Below are positions 12,376-25,900 of a stretch of 64,000 nucleotides of DNA, in pieces. The notes under the pieces were generated by a model, which was given only the letters and a program-made list of their open reading frames with translations, had not been told where the DNA came from and made no database searches. The DNA is taken from contig OZ024743.1 of assembly GCA_964016885.1 (NCBI GenBank), forward strand, positions 211,296,001-211,360,000, given 5' to 3'. Position 1 is the stretch's first letter. Each line of letters begins with the position of its first letter. This stretch comes from Eledone cirrhosa (lineage: Eukaryota). Position numbers and translations under genes: made by a program.

Positions 12376-15300
12376 CACTGAATTGAGAGATCATAGCTCT
12401 GATATTACAGACATGGGGTTAGAATGTCTCAGGAAAGAATCACTAGAGAGCTGTTCCAGGTAGAGCCACTCATTCACTGAATTGAGAGATCACAGCTCTG
12501 ATACTATAGACATGGGGTTAGAATGTCTGACGAAAGAATCACTAGAGAGCTGTTCCAGGTAGAGCCACTAATTCACTGAATTGAGAGATCACAATTCTGA
12601 TATTACAGACATGTGGTTAGAATGTCTGAGGAAAGAATCACTGGACAGCTGTTCCAGGTAGAGCCACTAATTCACTGAATTGAGAGATCACAGCTCTGAT
12701 ATTACAGACATGGGGTTAGAATGTCTCAGGAAAGAATCACTGGAGAGCTGTTGCAGGTAGAGCCACTAATTCACTGAATTGAGAGATCATAGCTCTGATA
12801 TTACAGACATGGGGTTAGAATGTCTCAGGAAAGAATCACTAGAGAGCTGTTCCAGGTGGAGCCACTAATTCACTGAATTGAGAGATCTCAGCTCTGATAT
12901 TACAGATATGTGGTTAGAATGTCTGAGGAAAGAATCACTAGAGAGCTGTTCCAGGTAGAGCCACTAATTCACTGAATTGAGAGATCACAGCTCTGATATT
13001 ACAGACATGGTGTTAGAATGTCTGAGGAAAGAATCACTGGAGAGCAGTTCCAGGTAGAGCCCCTAATTCAGTGAATTGAGAGATTACAGCTCTGATATTA
13101 CAGACAGGGGGTTAGAATGTCTGAGGAAAGAATCACTAGAGAGCTGTTCCAGGTAGAGCCGCTAATTCACTGAATTGAGAGATCATAGCTCTGATACTAC
13201 AGACATGCGGTTAGAATGTCTGAGGAAAGAATCACTAGAGAGCTGTTCCAGGTAGAGCCGCTAATTCACTGAATTGAGAGATCATAGCTCTGGTACTACA
13301 GACATGTGGTTAGAATGTCTGAGGAAAGAATCACTAGAGAGCTGTTCCAGGTAGAGCCACTAATTCACTGAATTGAGAGATCACAGCTCTGATATTACAG
13401 ACATGGGGTTAGAATGTCTCAGGAAAGAATCACTAGAGAGCTGTTCAAGGTAGAGCCACTAATTCACTGAATTGAGAGATCACAGCTCTGATATTACAGA
13501 CATGTGGTTAGAATGTCTGAGGAAAGAATCACTGGAGAGCTGTTCCAGGTAGAGCCTCTAATTCACTGAATTGAGAGATCACAGCTCTGATATTACAGAC
13601 ATGTGGTTAGAATGTCTCAGGAAAGAATCACTAGAGAGCTGTTCAAGGTAGAGCCACTAATTCACTGAATTGAGAGATCACAGCTCTGATATTACAGACA
13701 TGTGGTTAGAATGTCTGAGGAAAGAATCACTGGAAAGCTGTTCCAGGTAGAGCCACTAATTCACTGAATTGAGAGATCACAGCTCTGATATTACAGATAT
13801 GTGGTTAGAATGTCTGAGGAAAGAATCACTAGAGAGCTGTTCCAGGTAGAGCCACTAATTCACTGAATTGAGAGATCACAGCTCTGATATTACAGACATG
13901 GTGTTAGAATGTCTGAGGAAAGAATCACTGGAGAGCAGTTCCAGGTAGAGCCACTAATTCAGTGAATTGAGAGATTACAGCTCTGATATTACAGACAGGG
14001 GGTTAGAATGTCTGAGGAAAGAATCACTAGAGAGCTGTTCCAGGTAGAGCCGCTAATTCACTGAATTGAGAGATCATAGCTCTGATACTACAGACATGCG
14101 GTTAGAATGTCTGAGGAAAGAATCACTAGAGAGCTGTTCCAGGTAGAGCCGCTAATTCACTGAATTGAGAGATCATAGCTCTGGTACTACAGACATGTGG
14201 TTAGAATGTCTGAGGAAAGAATCACTAGAGAGCTGTTCCAGGTAGAGCCACTAATTCACTGAATTGAGAGATCACAGCTCTGATATTACAGACATGGGGT
14301 TAGAATGTCTCAGGAAAGAATCACTAGAGAGCTGTTCAAGGTAGAGCCACTAATTCACTGAATTGAGAGATCACAGCTCTGATATTACAGACATGTGGTT
14401 AGAATTTCTGAGGAAAGAATCACTGGAGAGCTGTTCCAGGTAGAGCCACTAATTCACTGAATTGAGAGATCATAGCTCTGATATTACAGACATGGGGTTA
14501 GAATGTCTCAGGAAAGAATCACTAGAGAGCTGTTCCAGGTAGAGCCACTCATTCACTGAATTGAGAGATCACAGCTCTGATACTATAGACATGGGGTTAG
14601 AATGTCTGACGAAAGAATCACTAGAGAGCTGTTCCAGGTAGAGCCACTAATTCACTGAATTGAGAGATCACAATTCTGATATTACAGACATGTGGTTAGA
14701 ATGTCTGAGGAAAGAATCACTGGAGAGCTGTTCCAGGTAGAGCCACTAATTCACTGAATTGAGAGATCACAGCTCTGATATTACAGACATGGGGTTAGAA
14801 TGTCTCAGGAAAGAATCACTGGAGAGCTGTTGCAGGTAGAGCCACTAATTCACTGAATTGAGAGATCATAGCTCTGATATTACAGACATGGGGTTAGAAT
14901 GTCTCAGGAAAGAATCACTAGAGAGCTGTTCCAGGTGGAGCCACTAATTCACTGAATTGAGAGATCTCAGCTCTGATATTACAGATATGTGGTTAGAATG
15001 TCTGAGGAAAGAATCACTAGAGAGCTGTTCCAGGTAGAGCCACTAATTCACTGAATTGAGAGATCACAGCTCTGATATTACAGACATGGTGTTAGAATGT
15101 CTGAGGAAAGAATCACTGGAGAGCAGTTCCAGGTAGAGCCACTAATTCAGTGAATTGAGAGATTACAGCTCTGATATTACAGACAGGGGGTTAGAATGTC
15201 TGAGGAAAGAATCACTAGAGAGCTGTTCCAGGTAGAGCCGCTAATTCACTGAATTGAGAGATCATAGCTCTGATACTACAGACATGCGGTTAGAATGTCT

Positions 15301-18300
15301 GAGGAAAGAATCACTAGAGAGCTGTTCCAGGTAGAGCCGCTAATTCACTGAATTGAGAGATCATAGCTCTGGTACTACAGACATGTGGTTAGAATGTCTG
15401 AGGAAAGAATCACTAGAGAGCTGTTCCAGGTAGAGCCACTAATTCACTGAATTGAGAGATCACAGCTCTGATATTACAGACATGGGGTTAGAATGTCTCA
15501 GGAAAGAATCACTAGAGAGCTGTTCAAGGTAGAGCCACTAATTCACTGAATTGAGAGATCACAGCTCTGATATTACAGACATGTGGTTAGAATGTCTGAG
15601 GAAAGAATCACTGGAGAGCTGTTCCAGGTAGAGCCTCTAATTCACTGAATTGAGAGATCACAGCTCTGATATTACAGACATGTGGTTAGAATGTCTCAGG
15701 AAAGAATCACTAGAGAGCTGTTCAAGGTAGAGCCACTAATTCACTGAATTGAGAGATCACAGCTCTGATATTACAGACATGTGGTTAGAATGTCTGAGGA
15801 AAGAATCACTGGAAAGCTGTTCCAGGTAGAGCCACTAATTCACTGAATTGAGAGATCACAGCTCTGATATTACAGACATGGGGTTAGAATGTCTGAGGAA
15901 AGAATCACTAGAGAGCTGTTCCAGGTAGAGCCGCTAATTCACTGAATTGAGAGATCATAGCTCTGATACTACAGACATGCGGTTAGAATGTCTGAGGAAA
16001 GAATCACTAGAGAGCTGTTCCAGGTAGAGCCGCTAATTCACTGAATTGAGAGATCATAGCTCTGATATTACAGACATGTGGTTAGAATGTCTCAGGAAAG
16101 AATCACTGGAGAGCTGTTCCAGGTAGAGCCACTAATTCACTGAATTGAGAGATCACAGCTCTGATATTACAGACATGTGGTTAGAATGTCTGAGGAAAGA
16201 ATCACTAGAGAGCTGTTCCAGGTAGAGCCGCTAATTCACTGAATTGAGAGATCACAGCTCTGATATTACAGACATGTGGTTAGAATGTCTTAGGAAAGAA
16301 TCACTAGAGAGCTGTTCCAGGTAGAGCCACTAATTCACTGAATTGAGAGATCATCGCTCTGATACTACAGACATGTGGTTAGAATGTCTCAGGAAAGAAT
16401 CACTAGAGAGCTGTTCCAGGTAGAGCCACTAATTCACCGAATTGAGAGATCATGGCTCTGATACTACAGACGTATGGTTAGAATGTCTGAGGAAAGAATC
16501 ACTAGAGAGCTGTTCCAGGTAGAGCCACTAATTTACTGAATTGAGAGATCACAGCTCTGATATTACAGACATGGGGTTAGAATGCCTGAGGAAAGAATTA
16601 CTAGAGAGCTGTTCCAGGTGGAGCCACTAATTCACTGAATTGAGAGATCATAGCTCTGATACTACAGACATGTGGTTAGAATGTCTGAGGAAAGAATCAC
16701 TAGAGAGCTGTTCCAGGTAGAGCCACTAATTCACTGAATTGAGAGATCACAGCTCTGATAATACAGACATGTGGTTAGAATGTCTGAGGAAAGAGTCACT
16801 AGAGAGCTGTTCCAGGCAGAGCCACTAATTTACCGAATTGAGAGATCATAGCTCTGATACTACAGACATGTGGTTAGAATGTCTGAGGAAAGAATCACTT
16901 AAGAGCTGTTCCAGGTAGAGCCACTAATTCACTGAATTGAGAGATCACAGCTCTGATACTATAGACATGGGGTTAGAATGTCTGAGGAAAGAATCACTAG
17001 AGGGCTGTTCCAGGTAGAGCCACTAATTCACTGAATTGAGAGATCACAGCTCTGATGTTACAGACATGGGGTTAGAATGTCTCAGGAAAGAATCACTGGA
17101 GAGCTGTTCCAGGTGGAGCCACTAATTCACTGAATTGAGAGATCACAGCTCTGATATTACAGACATGGGGTTAGAATGTCTGAGGAAAGAATCACTAAAG
17201 AGCTGTTCCAGGTAGAGCCACTAATTCACTGAATTGAGAGATCATAGCTCTGATATTACAGACATGGGGTTAGAATGTCTCAGGAAAGAATCACTAGAGA
17301 GCTGTTCCAGGTAGAGCCACTAATTCACTGAATTGAGAGATCACAGCTCTGATACTATAGACATGGGGTTAGAAGGTCTGAGGAAAGAATCACTAGAGAG
17401 CTGTTCCAGGTAGAGCCACTAATTCACTGAATTGAGAGATCACAATTCTGATATTACAGACATGTGGTTAGAATGTCTGAGGAAAGAATCACTGGAGAGC
17501 TGTTCCAGGTAGAGCCACTAATTCACTGAATTGAGAGATCACAGCTCTGATATTACAGACATGGGGTTAGAATGTCTCAGGAAAGAATCACTGGAGAGCT
17601 GTTGCAGGTAGAGCCACTAATTCACTGAATTGAGAGATCATAGCTCTGATATTACAGACAGGGGGTTAGAATGTCTGAGGAAAGAATCACTAGAGAGCTG
17701 TTCCAGGTAGAGCCGCTAATTCACTGAATTGAGAGATCATAGCTCTGATACTACAGACATGCGGTTAGAATGTCTGAGGAAAGAATCACTAGAGAGCTGT
17801 TCCAGGTAGAGCCGCTAATTCACTGAATTGAGAGATCATAGCTCTGATACTACAGACATGTGGTTAGAATGTCTGAGGAAAGAATCACTAGAGAGCTGTT
17901 CCAGGTAGAGCCACTAATTCACTGAATTGAGAGATCACAGCTCTGATATTACAGACATGGGGTTAGAATGTCTCAGGAAAGAATCACTAGAGAGCTGTTC
18001 AAGGTAGAGCCACTAATTCACTGAATTGAGAGATCACAGCTCTGATATTACAGACATGTGGTTAGAATGTCTGAGGAAAGAATCACTGGAGAGCTGTTCC
18101 AGGTAGAGCCTCTAATTCACTGAATTGAGAGATCACAGCTCTGATATTACAGACATGTGGTTAGAATGTCTCAGGAAAGAATCACTAGAGAGCTGTTCAA
18201 GGTAGAGCCACTAATTCACTGAATTGAGAGATCACAGCTCTGATATTACAGACATGTGGTTAGAATGTCTGAGGAAAGAATCACTGGAGAGCTGTTCCAG

Positions 18301-21300
18301 GTAGAGCCACTAATTCACTGAATTGAGAGATCACAGCTCTGATATTACAGACATGGGGTTAGAATGTCTGAGGAAAGAATCACTAGAGAGCTGTTCCAGG
18401 TAGAGCCGCTAATTCACTGAATTGAGAGATCATAGCTCTGATACTACAGACATGCGGTTAGAATGTCTGAGGAAAGAATCACTAGAGAGCTGTTCCAGGT
18501 AGAGCCGCTAATTCACTGAATTGAGAGATCATAGCTCTGATATTACAGACATGTGGTTAGAATGTCTCAGGAAAGAATCACTAGAGAGCTGTTCCAGGTA
18601 GAGCCACTAATTCACCGAATTGAGAGATCATGTCTCTGATACTACAGACGTGTGGTTAGAATGTCTGAGGAAAGAATCACTAGAGAGCTGTTCCAGGTAG
18701 AGCCACTAATTCACTGAATTGAGAGATCATAGCTCTGATATTACAGACATGTGGTTAGAATGTCTGAGGAAAGAATCACTAGAGAGCTGTTCCAGGTAGA
18801 GCCACTAATTTACTGAATTGAGAGATCACAGCTCTGATATTACAGACATGGGGTTAGAATGTCTGAGGAAAGAATTACTAGAGAGCTGTTCCAGGTGGAG
18901 CCACTAATTCACTGAATTGAGAGATCATAGCTCTGATACTACAGACATGTGGTTAGAATGTCTGAGGAAAGAATCACTAGAGAGCTGTTCCAGGTAGAGC
19001 CACTAATTCACTGAATTGAGAGATCACAGCTCTGAGAATACAGACATGTGGTTAGAATGTCTGAGGAAAGAGTCACTAGAGAGCTGTTCCAGGCAGAGCC
19101 ACTAATTTACCGAATTGAGAGATCATAGCTCTGATACTACAGACATGGGGTTAGAATGTCTGAGGAAAGAATCACTAGAGAGCTGTTCCAGGTAGAGCCA
19201 CTAATTCACTGAATTGAGAGATCACAGCTCTGATACTATAGACATGGGGTTAGAATGTCTGAGGAAAGAATCACTAGAGAGCTGTTCCAGGTAGAGCCAC
19301 TAATTCACTGAATTGAGAGATCACAATTCTGATATTACAGACATGTGATTAGAATGTCTGAGGAAAGAATCACTGGAGAGCTGTTCCAGGTAGAGCCACT
19401 AATTCACTGAATTGAGAGATCACAGCTCTGATATTACAGACATGGGGTTAGAATGTCTCAGGAAAGAATCACTAGAGTGCTGTTCAAGTTAGAGCCACTA
19501 ATTCACTGAATTGAGAGATCACAGCTCTGATATTACAGACATGTGGTTAGAATGTCTGAGGAAAGAATCACTGGAGAGCTGTTCCAGGTAGAGCCACTAA
19601 TTCACTGAATTGAGAGATCACAGCTCTGATATTACAGACATGTGGTTAGAATGTCTGAGGAAAGAATCACTAGAGAGCAGTTCCAGGTAGAGCCGCTAAT
19701 TCATTGAATTGAGAGATCACAGCTCTGATATTACAGACATGGGGTTAGAATGTCTCAGAAAAGAATCACTAGAGAGCTGTTCAAGGTAGAGCCACTAATT
19801 CACTGAATTGAGAGATTACAGCTCTGATATTACAGACATGTGTTTAGAATGTCTGAGGAAAGAATCACTGGAGAGCTGTTCCAGGTAGAGCCACTAATTC
19901 ACTGAATTGAGAGATCACAGCTCTGATATTACAGACATGTGGTTAGAATGTCTGAGGAAAGAATCACTAGAGAGCTGTTCCAGGTAGAGCCGCTAATTCA
20001 CTGAATTGAGAGATCACAGCTCTGATATTACAGACATGTGGTTAGAATGTCTGAGGAAAGAATCACTAGAGAGCTGTTCCAGGTAGAGCCACTAATTCAC
20101 TGAATTGAGAGATCATAGCTCTGATACTACAGACATGTGGTTAGAATGTCTCAGGAAAGAATCACTAGAGAGCTGTTCCAGGTAGAGCCACTAATTCACC
20201 GAATTGAGAGATCATAGCTCTGATACTATAGACATGTGGTTACAATGTCTCAGGAAAGAATCACTGGAGAGCTGTTCCAGGTAGAGCCACTAATTCACTG
20301 AATTGAGAGATCATAGCTCTGATACTACAGACATGTGGTTAGAATGTATGAGGAAAGAATCACTAGAGAGCTGTTCCAGGTAGAGCCACTAATTCACTGA
20401 ATTGAGAGATCATAGCTCTGATACTACAGACATGTGGTTAGAATGTCTCAGGAAAGAATCACTAGAGAGCTGTTCCAGGTAGAGCCACTAATTCACCGAA
20501 TTGAGAGATCATAGCTCTGATACTACAGACATGTGGTTAGAATGTCTGAGGAAAGAATCACTAGAGAGCTGTTCCAGGTAGAGCCACTAATTCACTGAAT
20601 TGAGAGATCATAGCTCTGATACTACAGACATGTGGTTAGAATGTCTCAGGAAAGTATCACTAGAGAGCTGTTCCAGGTAGAGCCACTAATTCACCGAATT
20701 GAGAGATCATAGCTCTGATACTATAGACATGTGGTTAGAATGTCTCAGGAAAGAATCACTGGAGAGCTGTTCCAGGTAGAGCCACTAATTCACTGAATTG
20801 AGAGATCATAGCTCTGATACTACAGACATGTGGTTAGAATGTCTGAGGAAAGAATCACTAGAGAGCTGTTCCAGGTAGAGCCACTAATTCACTGAATTGA
20901 GAGATCATAGCTCTGATATTACAGACATGTGGTTAGAATGTCTCAGGAAAGAATCACTAGAGAGCTGTTCCAGGTAGAGCCACTAATTCACTGAATTGAG
21001 AGATCACAGCTCTGATATTACAGACATGTGGTTAGAATGTCTGAGGAAAGAATCACTAGAGAGCTGTTCCAGGTAGAGCCACTAATTCACTGAATTGAGA
21101 GATCACAGCTCTGATATTACAGACATGTGGTTAGAATGTCTGAGGAAAGAATCACTAGAGAGCTGTTCCAGGTAGAGCCGCTAATTCACTGAATTGAGAG
21201 ATCACAGCTCTGATATTACAGACATGTGGTTAGAATGTCTCAGAAAAGAATCACTAGAGAGCTGTTCAAGGTAGAGCCACTAATTCACTGAATTGAGAGA

Positions 21301-22980
21301 TCACAGCTCTGATATTACAGACATGTGGTTAGAATGTCTGAGGAAAGAATCACTGGAGAGCTGTTCCAGGTAGAGCCACTAATTCACTGAATTGAGAGAT
21401 CACAGCTCTGATATTACAGACATGTGGTTAGAATGTCTGAGGAAAGAATCACTAGAGAGCTGTTCCAGGTAGAGCTGCTAATTCACTGAATTGAGAGATC
21501 ATAGCTCTGATACTACAGACATGCGGTTAGAATGTCTGAGGAAAGAATCACTAGAGAGCTGTTCCAGGTAGAGCTGCTAATTCACTGAATTGAGAGATCA
21601 TAGCTCTGATACTACAGACATGCGGTTAGAATGTCTGAGGAAAGAATCACTAGAGAGCTGTTCCAGGTAGAGCCACTAATTCCCTGAATTGAGAGATTAT
21701 AGCTCTGATACTACAGACATGTGGTTAGAATGTCTGAGGAAAGAATCACTAGAGAGCTGTTCCAGGTAGAGCCACTAATTCCCTGAATTGAGAGATTATA
21801 GCTCTGATACTACAGACATGTGGTTAGAATGTCTGAGGAAAGAATCACTAGCGTGCTGTTCCAGGTAGAGCCACTAATTCACTGAATTGAGAGATCACAG
21901 CTCTGATATTACAGACATGTGGTTAGAATGTCTGAGGAAAGAATCACTGGAGAGCTGTTCCAGGTAGAGCCACTAATTCACTGAATTGAGAGATCACAGC
22001 TCTGATATTACAGACATGTGGTTAGAATGTCTGAGGAACGAATCACTAGAGAGCTGTTCCAGGTAGAGCCGCTAATTCATTGAATTGAGAGATCACAGCT
22101 CTGATATTGCAGACATGGGGTTAGAATGTCTGAGGAAAGCTTCACTAGAGAGCTGTTCCAGGTAGAGCCACTAATTCACTGAATTGAGAGATCACAGCTC
22201 TGATACTACAGACATGTGGTTAGAATGTCTGAGGAAAGAATCACTAGAGAGCTGTTCCAGGTAGAGCCACTAATTCCCTGAATTGAGAGATTATAGCTCT
22301 GATACTACAGACATGTGGTTAGAATGTCTGAGGAAAGAATCACTAGCGTGCTGTTCCAGGTAGAGCCACTAATTCACTGAATTGAGAGATCACAGCTCTG
22401 ATATTACAGACATGTGGTTAGAATGTCTGAGGAAAGAATCACTGGAGTGCTGTTCCAGGTAGAGCCACTAATTCACTGAATTGAGAGATCACAGCTCTGA
22501 TATTACAGACATGTGGTTAGAATGTCTGAGGAAAGAATCACTAGAGAGCTGTTCCAGGTAGAGCCGCTAATTCATTGAATTGAGAGATCACAGCTCTGAT
22601 ATTGCAGACATGGGGTTAGAATGTCTGAGGAAAGCATCACTAGAGAGCTGTTCCAGGTAGAGCCACTAATTCACTGAATTGAGACATCACAGCTCTGATA
22701 TTACAGACATGTGGTTAGAATGTCTGAGGAAAGAATCACTAGAGAGCTGTTCCAGGTAGAGCCGCTAATTCACTGAATTGAGAGATCATAGCTCTCATAC
22801 TACAGACATGTGGTTAGAATGTCTGAGGAAAGAATCACTAGAGAGCTGTTCCAGGTAGAGCCACTAATTCACTGAATTGAGAGATCACAGCTCTGATACT
22901 ACAGACATGTGGTTAGAATGTCTGAGGAAAGAATCACTAGAGAGCTGTTCCAGGTAGAGCCACTAATTCCCTGAATTGAG
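12376..22980 (+). repeat. Copy B of the ~12.3 kb-offset segmental duplication
   Basis: Same marker series as copy A. All offsets are whole multiples of 99 (125, 123, 121, 124 monomers). Confidence 0.9.
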
Positions 22981-25900
22981 AGATTATAGCTCTGATACTA
23001 CAGACATGTGGTTAGAATGTCTGAGGAAAGAATCACTAGCGTGCTGTTCCAGGTAGAGCCACTAATTCACTGAATTGAGAGATCACAGCTCTGATATTAC
23101 AGACATGTGGTTAGAATGTCTGAGGAAAGAATCACTGGAGAGCTGTTCCAGGTAGAGCCACTAATTCACTGAATTGAGAGATCACAGCTCTGATATTACA
23201 GACATGGGGTTAGAATGTCTGATGAAAGAATCACTAGAGAGCTGTTCCAAGTAGAGCCACTAATTCACTGAATTGAGAGATAATAGCTCTGATATTACAG
23301 ACATGTGGTTAGAATGTCTGAGGAAAGAATCACTACAGAGCTGTTCCAGGTAGACCCACTAATTCACTGAATTGAGAGATCACAGCTCTGATATTACAGA
23401 CCTGTTGTTAGAATGTCTGAGGAAAGAATCACTAGAGAGCTGTTCCAGGTAGAGCCACTAATTCACTGAATTGAGAGATCACAGCTCTGATATTACAGAC
23501 ATGTGGTTAGAATGTCTGAGTAAAGAATCACTGGAGCGCTGTTCCAGGTAGAGCCACTAATTCACTGAATTGAGAGATAATAGCTCTGATATTACAGACA
23601 TGTGGTTAGAACGTCTGAGGAAAGAATCTCTAGAGAGCTGTTCCAGGTAGAGCCACTAATTCACTGAATTTAGAGATCACAGCTCTGATATTACAGACAT
23701 GTGGTTAGAATGTCTGAGGAAAGAATCACTGGAGAGCTGTTCCAGGTAGAGCCACTAATTCACTGAATTGAGAGATCACAGCTCTGATATTACAGACATG
23801 GGGTTAGAATGTCTCAGGAAAGAATCACTAGAGAGCTGTTCAAGGTAGAGCCACTAATTCACTGAATTGAGAGATCACAGCTCTGATATTACAGACATGT
23901 GGTTAGAATGTCTGAGGAAAGAATCACTGGAAAGCTGTTCCAGGTAGAGCCACTAATTCACTGAATTGAGAGATCACAGCTCTGATATTACAGACATGGG
24001 GTTAGAATGTCTGAGGAAAGAATCACTAGAGAGCTGTTCCATGTAGAGCCGCTAATTCACTGAATTGAGAGATCATAGCTCTGATACTACAGACATGCGG
24101 TTAGAATGTCTGAGGAAAGAATCACTAGAGAGCTGTTCCAGGTAGAGCCGCTAATTCACTGAATTGAGAGATCATAGCTCTGATATTACAGACATGTGGT
24201 TAGAATGTCTCAGGAAAGAATCACTGGAGAGCTGTTCCAGGTAGAGCCACTAATTCACTGAATTGAGAGATCACAGCTCTGATATTACAGACATGTGGTT
24301 AGAATGTCTGAGGAAAGAATCACTAGAGAGCTGTTCCAGGTAGAGCCACTAATTCACTGAATTGAGAGATTATAGCTCTGATACTACAGACATGTGGTTA
24401 GAATGTCTCAGGAAAGAATCACTAGAGAGCTGTTCCAGGTAGAGCCACTAATTCACCGAATTGAGAGATCATAGCTCTGATACTATAGACATGTGGTTAG
24501 AATGTCTCAGGAAAGAATCACTGGAGAGCTGTTCCAGGTAGAGCCACTAATTCACTGAATTGAGAGATCATAGCTCTGATACTACAGACATGTGGTTAGA
24601 ATGTCTGAGGAAAGAATCACTAGAGAGCTGTTCCAGGTAGAGCCACTAATTCACTGAATTGAGAGATCATAGCTCTGATATTACAGACATGTGGTTAGAA
24701 TGTCTCAGGAAAGAATCACTAGAGAGCTGTTCCAGGTAGAGCCACTAATTCACTGAATTGAGAGATCACAGCTCTGATATTACAGACATGTGGTTAGAAT
24801 GTCTGAGGAAAGAATCACTAGAGAGCTGTTCCAGGTAGAGCCACTAATTCACTGAATTGAGAGATCACAACTCTGATATTACAGACATGTGGTTAGAATG
24901 TCTGAGGAAAGAATCACTAGAGAGCTGTTCCAGGTAGAGCCGCTAATTCACTGAATTGAGAGATCACAGCTCTGATATTACAGACATGTGGTTAGAATGT
25001 CTCAGAAAAGAATCACTAGAGAGCTGTTCAAGGTAGAGCCACTAATTCACTGAATTGAGAGATCACAGCTCTGATATTACAGACATGTGGTTAGAATGTC
25101 TGAGGGAAGAATCACTGGAGAGCTGTTCCAAGTAGAGCCACTAATTCACTGAATTGAGAGATCACAGCTCTGATACTACAGACATGTGGTTAGAATGTCT
25201 GAGGAAAGAATCACTAGAGAGCTGTTCCAGGTAGAGCCGCTAATTCACTGAATTGAGAGATCATAGCTCTGATATTACAGTCATGTGGTTAGAATGTCTG
25301 AGGAAAGAATCACTAGAGAGCTGTTCCAGGTAGAGCCGCTAATTCACTGAATTGAGAGATCATAGCTCTGATACTACAGACATGCGGTTAGAATGTCTGA
25401 GGAAAGAATCACTAGAGAGCTGTTCCAGGTAGAGCCGCCAATTCACTGAATTGAGAGATCACAGCTCTGATATTACAGACATGTGGTTAGAATGTCTGAG
25501 GAAAGAATCACTAGAGAGCTGTTCCAGGTAGAGCCGCTAATTCACTGAATTGAGAGATCATAGCTCTGATACTACAGACATGCGGTTAGAATGTCTGAGG
25601 AAAGAATCACTAGAGAGCTGTTCCAGGTAGAGCCGCCAATTCACTGAATTGAGAGATCACAGCTCTGATATTACAGACATGTGGTTAGAATGTCTGAGGA
25701 AAGAATCACTAGAGAGCTGTTCCAGGTAGAGCCGCTAATTCACTGAATTGAGAGATCATAGCTCTGATACTACAGACATGCGGTTAGAATGTCTGAGGAA
25801 AGAATCACTAGAGAGCTGTTCCAGGTAGAGCCACTAATTCACTGAATTGAGAGATCATAGCTCTGATATTACAGACATGGGGTTAGAATGTCTCAGGAAA

